Assembly: GCA_001189075.1 (NCBI GenBank)
Contig: LFCN01000004.1
Coordinates: 1-53,646, forward strand
Length of the DNA stretch: 53,646 nucleotides
Direction: 5' to 3'
DNA from: Parcubacteria bacterium C7867-004
Lineage (GTDB): Bacteria > Patescibacteriota > Minisyncoccia > Phycocordibacterales > Phycocordibacteraceae
The notes under the pieces are model-generated. The model was not told the origin of the DNA. It worked only from the letters and a program-made list of their open reading frames with translations, and searched no databases. The translations under genes and the position numbers were made by a program. Positions 1 through 7,982 of this stretch are shown here, piece after piece; the first letter of the stretch is position 1, and every line of letters begins with the position of its first letter.

Positions 1-607
1 AACTCAAAGGAATAGACGGGGACTCGCACAAGCGGTGGATCATGTGGCTTAATTCGTCGATAAGCGAAGAACCTTACCAGGGCTAGAAACCAAGCTGCAT
101 CCCACCCGAAAGGGAGGGAGCCTTCGAGGGTGCTTGGCAGGTGATGCATGGTCGTCGTCAGTTCGTGGCTTGAGCTGTTCCCTTCAGTGGGGTAACGAAC
201 GCAACCCCCGTTGTCTGTTATATATTTCAGGCGAGACTGCCCCCTCACGGGGGAGGAAGGTGGGGATGACGCCAGATCAGCATGTCCCTTGATGCCCTGG
301 GCTGCACACGTGATACAATGGCCGGTACAGAAGGACGCAATACGGTAACGTGGAGCAAATCCCAAAAACCGGCCCCAGTACGGATCGAGGTCTGCAATCG
401 ACCTCGTGAAGCCGGAATCGCTAGTAATCGTGGGTCAGCAATACCACGGTGAATACGTTCTCGAGTCTTGTACTCACCGCCCGTCAACTCAAGGAAGCTG
501 GGGGTACCCGAAATCTTGCAGTTTGCAGGACTACGGTAAATTCAGTGACAGGGAGTAAGTCGTAACAAGGCACGGCTAGCGGAAGCTGGTCGTGGAACAT
601 ATCCAAT
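1..607 (+). rRNA. rrs: 16S rRNA gene, 3' ~600 nt (5' part outside window; starts at about E. coli position 907)
   Basis: Conserved 16S blocks occur in the correct order: AACTCAAAGGAAT.GACGGGG (1-22), GCATGGTCGTCGTCAG (~146), TTGTACTCACCGCCCGTCA (~468), AAGTCGTAACAAGG (~557) and the helix-45 GGAA loop (581-584). The sequence between blocks is highly divergent. The 3' end is placed by alignment to the canonical tail, +/-5 nt. Confidence 0.95.
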
Positions 608-649
608 CGGAACGAAGTTAGCCCGAAAGGCGCTTCTCCGGTCGATCTT

Positions 650-725
650 GGGGAGCTGCATGTTGGTCGTTAGTATCGAATAGGATTTATTCTATTCATC
701 GCTAGCGTCCAACATGCAGCTCCTC
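650..725 (+). other. Long imperfect hairpin in the 16S-tRNA spacer
   Basis: The 17-nt arms GGGGAGCTGCATGTTGG (650-666) and CCAACATGCAGCTCCTC (709-725) pair 16/17 plus one G-U. An inner GAATAG/CTATTC stem follows. Confidence 0.7.
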
Positions 726-887
726 ATAGGGGACATGGCATTTATCCCTAAATAATGCACGGACGCCGGAAAAACGTACCGGTGGAGACTTGGAAGCCAC
801 ATATGAGCTTCTAAGGCTTCGAATAGGCGGAACACAAGAGTGCGCATGTTAGAAACCGTTTTCATTTTTGAACTAGATGCCGCAAGA

Positions 888-938
888 GCGCAGTATGGAA
901 GGATCCTCCTCGGAGAATCCTTCCATACTGCGCTTTTT
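888..938 (+). terminator. Rho-independent terminator-like hairpin downstream of 16S
   Basis: Perfect 17-bp stem GCGCAGTATGGAAGGAT (888-904) / ATCCTTCCATACTGCGC (917-933), followed by TTTTT (934-938). Confidence 0.7.
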
Positions 939-994
939 GCGTAGTGGCTGGAAGGAATATACGAATTCTGGTACTATCCGTTGGTCCACCACAG

Positions 995-1070
995 GCAAGC
1001 GTAGCTCAGTTGGTAGAGCACCCGACTGATACTCGGGCGGTCGAAAGTTCGAATCTTTCCGCTTGCACCA
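995..1070 (+). tRNA. tRNA-Ile (anticodon GAT), CCA encoded
   Basis: Manual cloverleaf: acceptor GCAAGCG/CGCTTGC, D arm GCTC-AGTTGGTA-GAGC, anticodon arm CCCGA-CTGATAC-TCGGG, variable loop CGGTC, T arm GAAAG-TTCGAAT-CTTTC, discriminator A, then CCA. Confidence 0.93.
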
Positions 1071-1076
1071 GAGAAG

Positions 1077-1097
1077 AACCGGCTTCGGCCGGTTTTT
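1077..1097 (+). terminator. Rho-independent terminator after tRNA-Ile
   Basis: AACCGGC-TTCG-GCCGGTT stem-loop followed by a T run. Confidence 0.75.
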
Positions 1098-1136
1098 CTA
1101 TACCCAACATCGGTGCCGTGATTCGACGTGTGCATA

Positions 1137-1142
1137 TATACT
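1137..1142 (+). promoter_or_regulatory. -10-like hexamer TATACT, 6 nt upstream of ATG 1149 (leaderless-type arrangement)
   Basis: TATACT then GTAGGG then ATG. No SD motif. Confidence 0.45.
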
Positions 1143-1148
1143 GTAGGG

Positions 1149-1670
1149 ATGAGAGACATACTCGTCGTGCTCGGTGTCTGCCTTGCCGCAATAATCGTCG
1201 GTGCCTGCCTTTTCTTCTACGGACCGTCCCTGTTCCGGGAAAAGGTTACAAGCGAGGAGGCGGGATCACAAACGGAACCGGTAGATATCGCCATCAGGGT
1301 TCTCGATACCGGTACGAATGCGCTCGAAGCTCCTAAGCGGAAGAACTTCGCCGTGTATGACGCGGATGAGTTCAAGAAGCTATGGGAGAACGCGCATGAC
1401 AGCGATGGTACGCCGCTCCCGAAAATCGATTTCGATACCGAGTACGTCATCGGCGTGTTCGCAGGAACGAAGTCTTCCGGAGGCCATGCCATAACCATAG
1501 AGAAGATAACGGAGTCGGAAGGCGTACGAACGGTATACATCACAATGACGAAGCCTGCAGCCGGATGCGTCACCTCCCAGGCGCTTACGAGCCCGTACGA
1601 GATAGTCGCGGTACCTTTCAGTGGCGCATCACTCATGCCGAACGAGACGACGATTGAGACCCCCTGCTAA
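1149..1670 (+). CDS. Membrane-anchored PrcB-C-terminal-like domain protein
   Basis: ORF 1128-1670, start moved to ATG 1149. N-terminal TM helix (ILVVLGVCLAAIIVGACLFF). The segment DFDTEYVIGVFAGTKSSGGHAITIEKI resembles the PrcB_C family signature. Confidence 0.65.
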   Translation: MRDILVVLGVCLAAIIVGACLFFYGPSLFREKVTSEEAGSQTEPVDIAIRVLDTGTNALEAPKRKNFAVYDADEFKKLWENAHDSDGTPLPKIDFDTEYVIGVFAGTKSSGGHAITIEKITESEGVRTVYITMTKPAAGCVTSQALTSPYEIVAVPFSGASLMPNETTIETPC

Positions 1671-1707
1671 CTCGCCTCAAGGCAGGGGATACGCTACCAT
1701 GGCGTAG

Positions 1708-3030
1708 ATGGATGCACGCTCCCACTTCGAGGGTAAACGAATAACGATCATGGGACTCGGCCTGCTTGGCCGAGGGGTCGGCGACGCCGTGTACCTGGCG
1801 GAACAAGGAGCAGTGCTTACGATTACTGACCTCAAGTCCGCCGAGCAGCTCGCGCCTTCGCTTGCCCGTCTCAAGGAGTATCCGAACATCGAGTATGTCC
1901 TCGGCGAGCATCGACTCGAGGATTTCCGCGATCGCGATTTCATACTGAAGGCGGCGGGAGTCCCGGCAGATTCTCTCTACATAGAGGAAGCGAAAAAGAA
2001 CGGCATATCGGTGAAGATGAGCGCGTCGTGGTTCATGGAGCTGGCAGGCATTCCGGTTATCGGCATTACGGGCACAAGGGGGAAGTCGACCGTAACGCAC
2101 ATGCTCCATGGGATACTCGACAAGGCTGGTGCTCGGATCCTGCTCGGCGGCAACGTGCGAGGCATTTCGACGCTCGCGCTACTTGATGACGTTACTGCAG
2201 AACACACGGCGCTCTTCGAGCTCGACTCATGGCAGCTGCAGGGATTCGGGGATGCGCATCTCTCGCCACAGCTTTCGATATTCACGACTTTCTATCCCGA
2301 CCACCTCGCGTACTACGGAGGCGATATAGATGCGTATCTCGCCGACAAGGCGAACATATTCCTGTACCAGAAACCGGAGGACACCCTCATACTCGGCGAC
2401 CAGATGGCGCTCACCGTCATTGACAAGTACGAAGACGTCATCGCTTCGAAGATCCTGGTTGCAGGCGAGAAGATACTTCCTGAGGACCTCGATCTGCTCG
2501 TGCCGGGCGCGCATAACCGGTATGATGCGGCGCTCGCCTTAGCAGCCGCGCGGGTACTCGGTGTTCCTGACGAGGTATCGCGCGCGAGTCTCGAATCATT
2601 TATCGGGATACCGGGCAGGCTTGAGCTCGTCGCTCTTAAGGATGGCATCTCGTTCTACAACGATACGAACTCGACGACACCGGAAGCGACCGTAGTTGCG
2701 CTGCATGCACTCGCGAGCGAAGCGGGGAGGGGCATCGTCCTTATCATGGGCGGCTTCGATAAGGGGCTCGATATGAAGAATCTTGTCGAACTTATCGGCG
2801 AGACAACGAAGCACGTGACGCTGCTTGCCGGCACCGGCACCGACCGCATTAAGGATTCACTTCCTGATGCGAGCATATTCGACTCGCTTGAGAGTGCGCT
2901 CACGGACGCACGCACTGCAGCAGCTCCGGGAGATATCATTCTCTTCAGTCCTGCGTTCGCGTCGTTCGGTATGTTCACGAACGAGTACGACCGGGGCGAC
3001 CAGTTCAATGCACTCGTAAAAGACCTATGA
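1708..3030 (+). CDS. murD: UDP-N-acetylmuramoylalanine--D-glutamate ligase
   Basis: N-terminal Rossmann motif ITIMGLGLLGRG, Mur ligase P-loop GITGTRGKSTVTHML, and the C-terminal ILFSPAFASFGMF..YDRGDQF motif typical of MurD. Confidence 0.9.
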   Translation: MDARSHFEGKRITIMGLGLLGRGVGDAVYLAEQGAVLTITDLKSAEQLAPSLARLKEYPNIEYVLGEHRLEDFRDRDFILKAAGVPADSLYIEEAKKNGISVKMSASWFMELAGIPVIGITGTRGKSTVTHMLHGILDKAGARILLGGNVRGISTLALLDDVTAEHTALFELDSWQLQGFGDAHLSPQLSIFTTFYPDHLAYYGGDIDAYLADKANIFLYQKPEDTLILGDQMALTVIDKYEDVIASKILVAGEKILPEDLDLLVPGAHNRYDAALALAAARVLGVPDEVSRASLESFIGIPGRLELVALKDGISFYNDTNSTTPEATVVALHALASEAGRGIVLIMGGFDKGLDMKNLVELIGETTKHVTLLAGTGTDRIKDSLPDASIFDSLESALTDARTAAAPGDIILFSPAFASFGMFTNEYDRGDQFNALVKDL

Positions 3031-3536
3031 GTAACCTATTCCAATACGTAGGTGGGAATCCATTCCATATTTCTGTGGGCGCCGTATTGGTAAACAACGA
3101 GAGTAAGATCTGTGTGCATAAAATGTCGAAGGAGACTCTGGCTCCGGAAGTGCAGGCAATGATCGGGAATCTGGATGAGATATATATCCTGATGCGGGAG
3201 TCACTGGAAGAAGGCGAGACACTCGACCAAGCCGTGTTGAGAGGAATCAAGGAAGAGTTCGGTGCCGAAGGGATTGTGACTAAATATCTGGGATGCATTG
3301 AAGGTCCAGCGTTCAATCGAGGAGGTAACAAGCGTTTTGAGAAGGCAACGCTTTATTTCGAAGTGAAGCTGACTAATCTGGGTGACCGGCCAGCGGATGA
3401 TCCAGAATCAAACAGCACGATGCTGTGGCTGGATCCAGAAGATATCATCGAGAAAATGAGCCTGCAGAAGAATATATCCGTTCGTACCGACTTGAATGAA
3501 TCCAAGATTCTCGAAGCTTATGTCAAATATCGCTAA
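3027..3536 (+). CDS. Nudix-family hydrolase (degenerate Nudix box)
   Basis: ETLDQAVLRGIKEEFGA matches E-x7-R-x-U-x-EE-x-G-U of the Nudix box. ATGA overlap with the murD stop. Confidence 0.65.
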   Translation: MSNLFQYVGGNPFHISVGAVLVNNESKICVHKMSKETLAPEVQAMIGNLDEIYILMRESLEEGETLDQAVLRGIKEEFGAEGIVTKYLGCIEGPAFNRGGNKRFEKATLYFEVKLTNLGDRPADDPESNSTMLWLDPEDIIEKMSLQKNISVRTDLNESKILEAYVKYR

Positions 3537-4806
3537 TCTTAAGAAAGTTCATATGATCGGCATCGGCGGCATCGGTATGTCGGCGCTTGCGCAATACTTG
3601 CTTGATCAGGGTGCTCAGGTCACCGGCTCTGATCGCGAACCGAGTCCGGTTACGGAACTTCTGGAACAGAAAGGAATTCGCGTGTTGCTTGAACAGAAAG
3701 CCGAGAATGTGCCTGACGATACCGAGCTCGTTATCTATAGCGAGGCGGTCTGGGAAGATAATCCGGAACGTATGCGGGCGAAGGAGCTCGGCATCCGCGA
3801 GCAGTCCTACTTCGAGGCGCTTGGAGACATATCGGCGGGGAAGCGCACGGTTGCGGTAGCGGGTACGCACGGGAAGACCACAACGACCGGCATGCTTGCT
3901 CGTATTCTTCGGGATGCAGGAGCATCTCCGACGGCTATAGTCGGGAGCTTGGTCCGTGACTTCGGTTCTAACTATCTCGCCGGCGAGTCCGATTGGTTCG
4001 TGGTTGAAGCCTGCGAATATAAGGAAGATTTCCTTACACTCTCTCCCGAGGTACTCGTTATAACGAATCTCGAGTTCGATCACACCGACTACTATCGCGA
4101 TCTTGAGCACGTGCAGAGCGCGTTCAGAGCTCTAGCTGAAAAGGTTCCGGCAACGGGGACCATCGTTACGAATCCGGATGATCCGAACATCGCACCAGTT
4201 CTTGCAGGACTTCCGGCAACTATAATTGATTACACCAAGGAAGCAGGGTACCCAACTAAATTCCCGGGCGAATTCAATCTGATGAATGCACGCGCAGCTA
4301 CTGCAGCATCTCGAATCGTTGTACCCGGTATTTCCGAGGACGTACTTCGAGATTCCCTTACGGCATTCGAGGGTACTTGGCGCCGCTTTGAATACAAAGG
4401 AAAGACCGCCAAGGGAGCCGACGTCTATGACGATTACGCCCACCATCCGACCGCGATACGAAAGACGCTCACGGAGCTTCGCAAGAAGACGAGCGGGAAA
4501 GTGTTCGTGGCGTTCCATCCGCACCTGTATAGCCGAACGCGAGACTTGCTCCCAGAATTTGCAACCGCATTTACCGGAGTGGATGAGGTTATAATCGCGC
4601 CTATCTATGCAGCGCGCGAGATAGACGACGGCACCGTATCGAATGCGAGCCTTGCTGAACGGATTGGAAAAAGCGGCGTGCATGCACGCTTCGGGACGTT
4701 TGTTGAGATAGAAACTATCCTCAGAAGTGAGCCGGGGGAAGGCGATATCGTCATGACTATGGGAGCGGGCGACATTTACAAGGTAGCGGACCAGCTCGTC
4801 GCGTAG
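3520..4806 (+). CDS. murC: UDP-N-acetylmuramate--L-alanine ligase
   Basis: KKVHMIGIGGIGMSALAQYL at the N-terminus and the P-loop AVAGTHGKTTTTGML. The start is chosen at ATG 3520 (ORF track 3496; 3553 is also possible). Confidence 0.9.
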   Translation: MSNIANLKKVHMIGIGGIGMSALAQYLLDQGAQVTGSDREPSPVTELLEQKGIRVLLEQKAENVPDDTELVIYSEAVWEDNPERMRAKELGIREQSYFEALGDISAGKRTVAVAGTHGKTTTTGMLARILRDAGASPTAIVGSLVRDFGSNYLAGESDWFVVEACEYKEDFLTLSPEVLVITNLEFDHTDYYRDLEHVQSAFRALAEKVPATGTIVTNPDDPNIAPVLAGLPATIIDYTKEAGYPTKFPGEFNLMNARAATAASRIVVPGISEDVLRDSLTAFEGTWRRFEYKGKTAKGADVYDDYAHHPTAIRKTLTELRKKTSGKVFVAFHPHLYSRTRDLLPEFATAFTGVDEVIIAPIYAAREIDDGTVSNASLAERIGKSGVHARFGTFVEIETILRSEPGEGDIVMTMGAGDIYKVADQLVA

Positions 4807-4809
4807 TAT

Positions 4810-4838
4810 TTGCGAAAACTATTTTTATATTGTATAAA
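4810..4838 (+). promoter_or_regulatory. Sigma-70-like promoter: TTGCGA, 17-nt spacer, TATAAA
   Basis: TTGCGA (4810-4815), 17-nt AT-rich spacer ending in TG, TATAAA (4833-4838). It lies 40 nt upstream of the TTG start at 4879. Confidence 0.45.
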
Positions 4839-4878
4839 GTTCACACCCTCACCTACAACATAGAAAGGAGGTGTTCTT

Positions 4879-5628
4879 TTGACCGAGGCACTTCAAGACG
4901 CCTCATGGGGCGGAGACGCCTTTATTGCAGTCAGTGAGGCTCGCTTAAAGGCCATAGACGAGCGAGCGACCGGAAACCTGCTCTCATCGCATACGGTCAT
5001 CCTGTCCGGCTATATCACCGGCATGAACCAGATCAGAGCCGGCTACGGGCGCCTGTCTCGCTCCGAAAAGCTCAAGCAGCTTTTGATGTGGGGCGCTGCT
5101 GCGGAGTGGCACTCGTGGCACCTCAGGGCCAATCGCGAGCAGCTCGACCATAACCAGCTGAACGTGCTCGCAACCTGGTTGCTCGCGACTGCGAGCTTGC
5201 CTCGGTGCCGTTGGCGTGCGCCGCTTGCGCTCAGGTACGCTCGGCTGGGGCAAGCTGCAGCTAAAGGAGTGGATGTTCTTCCGCACCAACGGGCTCTCGC
5301 GTACCTCTTATCTGCGCGGGCAGTCATGCGCAGCAAGTACGGGGATAAGAGCGCTGTCCGGAGGCTGATGGGGAAAGCTCACAGTCTCGAGGCGGAGATC
5401 CGTGCGGAAGCGAATCAACCGTACGGGCTCCGCCAACTGGTCCGCATCTTCAAAGGAGAGGGCGAGCTCCATTTTGAGCTGGGCGACGTTGACCGGGCCT
5501 ACTACCTCTTCAAGCTCGCGCTCGCTGTGGCAGAAGGGGAAGCGGATACCAAGAGCCAAGCACGCCAGATCGAGCTTCTCCTGTTGTCGGACGCGTTCGT
5601 TGAGCATCGGAGAAAAGACGAGCGGTGA
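4879..5628 (+). CDS. Hypothetical all-helical protein (TPR-like C-terminus?), TTG start
   Basis: 249-aa ORF with GGAGG (4867-4871) 7 nt upstream of the TTG. It has its own promoter-like element and a terminator downstream. I recognise no family. Confidence 0.6.
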   Translation: MTEALQDASWGGDAFIAVSEARLKAIDERATGNLLSSHTVILSGYITGMNQIRAGYGRLSRSEKLKQLLMWGAAAEWHSWHLRANREQLDHNQLNVLATWLLATASLPRCRWRAPLALRYARLGQAAAKGVDVLPHQRALAYLLSARAVMRSKYGDKSAVRRLMGKAHSLEAEIRAEANQPYGLRQLVRIFKGEGELHFELGDVDRAYYLFKLALAVAEGEADTKSQARQIELLLLSDAFVEHRRKDER

Positions 5629-5638
5629 GCTACTGGGG

Positions 5639-5671
5639 CGGGAACTCGCAAGAGCTCCCGTCTTTTCTTTT
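5639..5671 (+). terminator. Rho-independent terminator
   Basis: CGGGAACTC-GCAA-GAGCTCCCG (one mismatch), followed by TCTTTTCTTTT. Confidence 0.55.
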
Positions 5672-5697
5672 ATACCCAGAACGAGTAGGGTACCTGT

Positions 5698-6384
5698 ATG
5701 GAAGGAACACTCTCCGTCGTCGCAACCCCTATCGGGAATCTCGGCGATATAACGCTCCGCGCTATCGAGACGCTGCGGCAGGCTGATGTCATCGCCTGCG
5801 AAGATACGCGCGTAACCGCGAAGCTGCTTCAGCGATTCGATATCGAGAAGCCGCTCCTTATATTTCATGCGCGCTCGGGCCGCCTCGCCACGTCCCGCAT
5901 CCTCGCACTGCTCGCCGAAGGGAAACGCGTCGCGCTCGTAACGGATGCCGGAACGCCGGGCATCTCCGATCCGGGAAGCGCACTGGTGCGTGAGGTCCGT
6001 AATACGCTCGGGGCGGACGCTCGCATAGAAGCTATCGCCGGGCCGTCCGCGGTTACGGCTGCACTCTCCATCGCGGGAGTCCAGACGGACGAGTTCGTGT
6101 TCCTCGGATTCCTCCCGCATAAGAAAGGTCGTCAGACGCTCTTCAAAGAGATCGCGGAGAGCGAGCGCACCATGGTGTTCTACGAGTCCCCGCATCGCAT
6201 CGAGAAGGCGCTCGCCGTGCTCGCCGAGTCCCTGGGAGACGACCGGAAGGTAATAGTCTGCCGCGAACTCACCAAACTCCACGAGTCGGTTATCGAGGGG
6301 ACGGCACAGGAGGTAATGGAGCACTACCAGGCGCGTCAGGATCAGGTGCGCGGGGAATTCGTGGTTATCGTCGCTCCCGCCTAG
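5698..6384 (+). CDS. rsmI: 16S rRNA (cytidine1402-2'-O)-methyltransferase
   Basis: LSVVATPIGNLGDITLRAIETLRQADVIACEDTR and TDAGTPGISDPG are typical RsmI / tetrapyrrole-methylase-fold motifs. Confidence 0.88.
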   Translation: MEGTLSVVATPIGNLGDITLRAIETLRQADVIACEDTRVTAKLLQRFDIEKPLLIFHARSGRLATSRILALLAEGKRVALVTDAGTPGISDPGSALVREVRNTLGADARIEAIAGPSAVTAALSIAGVQTDEFVFLGFLPHKKGRQTLFKEIAESERTMVFYESPHRIEKALAVLAESLGDDRKVIVCRELTKLHESVIEGTAQEVMEHYQARQDQVRGEFVVIVAPA

Positions 6385-6409
6385 TTTTTGAGACCGGACC
6401 TCTCGAGAG

Positions 6410-6415
6410 TATACT
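6410..6415 (+). promoter_or_regulatory. -10-like hexamer TATACT, 7 nt upstream of ATG 6423
   Basis: TATACT then GGTCCCT then ATG. No SD motif. Confidence 0.45.
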
Positions 6416-6422
6416 GGTCCCT

Positions 6423-6620
6423 ATGTCGCGCGTACGTCTGCTCATTATAATCGGCTCTCTGGTCGTTCTTTCTCCATTTATGGGCCTCCCGATGTCGCTG
6501 CTCTCGTTCCTGCTACCCGTCCTCGGTCTCGGCGTGATAGCGATAGGTATCTCGCAGAGGCCTCCGGCAGCACGTCCGACCGCTCCGACCTATGACCCAT
6601 CTGAAACACTCGCTTCGTAA
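6423..6620 (+). CDS. Small two-TM membrane protein (65 aa)
   Basis: Two hydrophobic helices (LLIIIGSLVVLSPFMG and LLPVLGLGVIAIGI). Leaderless-type -10 box placement. Confidence 0.5.
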   Translation: MSRVRLLIIIGSLVVLSPFMGLPMSLLSFLLPVLGLGVIAIGISQRPPAARPTAPTYDPSETLAS

Positions 6621-7665
6621 CCCGTTCGTCCTCATCTCGTTGGTCATACTGGGGCTTACGCTGCTTGGCACGGTCGTGATCCCGTACGCGCTCGCGACGA
6701 CCTACGACCGCACTCCTTCGAACGCGACCTCCACCGCGCTCTTCCAGAAGAAGAAGGAAGCACCGAAGTTTGATGCTGCGAAGTACGATGCGCGCATGAT
6801 CTCGATAGCGAACTACGCCTCGACTACCGCAACTACCACACCTCGTCTCTGGCCCGCGAAGACCGTCTATCCTAACTCGGGAGCCATTCTTCCCGACAAG
6901 CGCATCATCGCCTATTACGGCAATTTCTATTCCACGAAGATGGGCATCCTCGGCGAGTATGAGAAGCCGGTAGTGCTCCAAAAGATGAAGCAGGAGATCG
7001 CCCGCTGGGAGACGGCCGACCCGGGTGTGAAAGTCATGCCTGCTATCGAATACATTGCGGTGGTCGCGCAGGATAATCCGGGTAAGAGCGGCATGTATCG
7101 TGCGCGCATGCCGGACGACCAGACCGACATGGCGGTAGCAATGGCGAAAGAGATCGACGGGATCGTGATCCTCGATATCCAAGTCGGTCTCTCGACGGTG
7201 CAGTCGGAGATTCCTGCGCTCGACGCGTATCTCTCGATGCCGCAGGTGCACCTCGCGCTTGATCCGGAATTCTCCATGAAGGGTGGAGAGAAGCCGGGTA
7301 CGGTCATCGGCTCGCTCAACTCGAGTGATATCAATTACGCTATCCAGTATCTTTCCGATCTCGTGCGCGAGCATAATCTCCCGCCGAAGGTCCTCATCGT
7401 GCATCGCTTCACGCAGGCGATGGTGAAGAACGCCGAGCTCATCAAGCCGACGCCTGAGGTGCAGGTGGTCATGGTCATGGACGGATGGGGAAGCCCGGCC
7501 CGAAAGATCGGCACGTATAAGAGCTTCATCTATCCGGAGCCGGTGCAGTTCACCGGATTCAAGCTGTTCTATAAGAACGATCTCAAGCCACCGTCCGAGC
7601 GCTTGCTCACTCCCGCCGAGCTTTTGAAGCTGACACCGCAGCCGATGTTCGTGCAATATCAGTGA
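6592..7665 (+). CDS. Signal-anchored extracytoplasmic protein, possibly a TIM-barrel glycoside-hydrolase-like fold (uncertain)
   Basis: N-terminal TM helix (FVLISLVILGLTLLGTVVI). The body has an alternating beta/alpha pattern (ILDIQ, LALDPEF, LIVHRF, VMVMDGWG). The function is not recognised with confidence. Confidence 0.7.
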   Translation: MTHLKHSLRNPFVLISLVILGLTLLGTVVIPYALATTYDRTPSNATSTALFQKKKEAPKFDAAKYDARMISIANYASTTATTTPRLWPAKTVYPNSGAILPDKRIIAYYGNFYSTKMGILGEYEKPVVLQKMKQEIARWETADPGVKVMPAIEYIAVVAQDNPGKSGMYRARMPDDQTDMAVAMAKEIDGIVILDIQVGLSTVQSEIPALDAYLSMPQVHLALDPEFSMKGGEKPGTVIGSLNSSDINYAIQYLSDLVREHNLPPKVLIVHRFTQAMVKNAELIKPTPEVQVVMVMDGWGSPARKIGTYKSFIYPEPVQFTGFKLFYKNDLKPPSERLLTPAELLKLTPQPMFVQYQ

Positions 7666-7748
7666 GGCGGCTTGCGATAGACAATTGAAGTCAGGAGAGT
7701 ACGATATCGCACACAGGTGTAACCCTGGTGTTCATTAGGGAGTTGATC

Positions 7749-7913
7749 ATGCTGCAACCGATGAAGCCTGTGCCGCCGATCTTGCGGGATGACCACGAGT
7801 CGGGCTACCGCTCGAAAGTCCAGCCGCCGCCCCCTCCAGACCCACGCGGCGAGTCCCCGCTCGCGATCCCTGACAAGGATGGTCAGGACCCGGATTCTGG
7901 CGAGAGACCCTGA
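7749..7913 (+). CDS. Candidate small Pro-rich acidic protein (54 aa), or a small RNA unit
   Basis: GGGAG lies 6 nt upstream of the ATG. G/C-rich third codon positions look like neighbouring genes. A terminator hairpin follows the stop directly. No homology recognised. Confidence 0.35.
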   Translation: MLQPMKPVPPILRDDHESGYRSKVQPPPPPDPRGESPLAIPDKDGQDPDSGERP

Positions 7914-7919
7914 CCGACG

Positions 7920-7944
7920 CGTCCGCATCAGTTGCGGACGTTTT
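7920..7944 (+). terminator. Rho-independent terminator
   Basis: CGTCCGCA-TCAGT-TGCGGACG followed by TTTT. Confidence 0.65.
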
Positions 7945-7969
7945 CATATCCCTTCCTATAGGTGCGCGG

Positions 7970-7975
7970 TATAAT
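7970..7975 (+). promoter_or_regulatory. Consensus -10 box TATAAT, 7 nt upstream of ATG 7983
   Basis: TATAAT then CCTTTCT then ATG. Confidence 0.5.
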
Positions 7976-7982
7976 CCTTTCT

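Noticed and set aside
901-910. GGATCCTCCT, resembling the canonical 16S tail GGATCACCTCCT, 300 nt downstream of helix 45. It could be a displaced anti-SD after an insertion.
   Set aside because: It sits in the apical part of a perfect 17-bp terminator-like hairpin, and no intron-like features or splice-site context are visible. I keep it only as the alternative to test for the anti-SD finding.
245-1336. ORFs 245-487 (-), 944-1336 (+), 974-1159 (-) and 1006-1191 (-).
   Set aside because: They overlap the 16S rRNA, the spacer hairpins and the tRNA-Ile gene, so they are spurious translations of structural RNA.
5308-6324. Long minus-strand ORF (338 aa), and similar antisense ORFs at 6478-7656, 7956-8945, 9831-10604, 15175-15822, 36994-38304 and 52872-53546.
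   Set aside because: Each lies antisense to a plus-strand gene with clear family motifs (rsmI, the VirD4-like ATPase, secA, the giant protein and others). Their translations are Arg/Glu/His-rich low-complexity sequence of the kind produced by shadow frames in G+C-rich DNA.
7790-7900. RNase P-like (CGAAAGTCCAGCC, CAGGACCCGGATTCTG) and SRP-like (GGTCAGGACCCGGA) sequence resemblances in the 7666-7982 gap.
   Set aside because: The two RNase P-like boxes are only ~80 nt apart, far too close for any known RNase P RNA. The SRP-like stretch lacks the GNRA tetraloop and the symmetric-loop context. These are most likely chance matches inside a small ORF.
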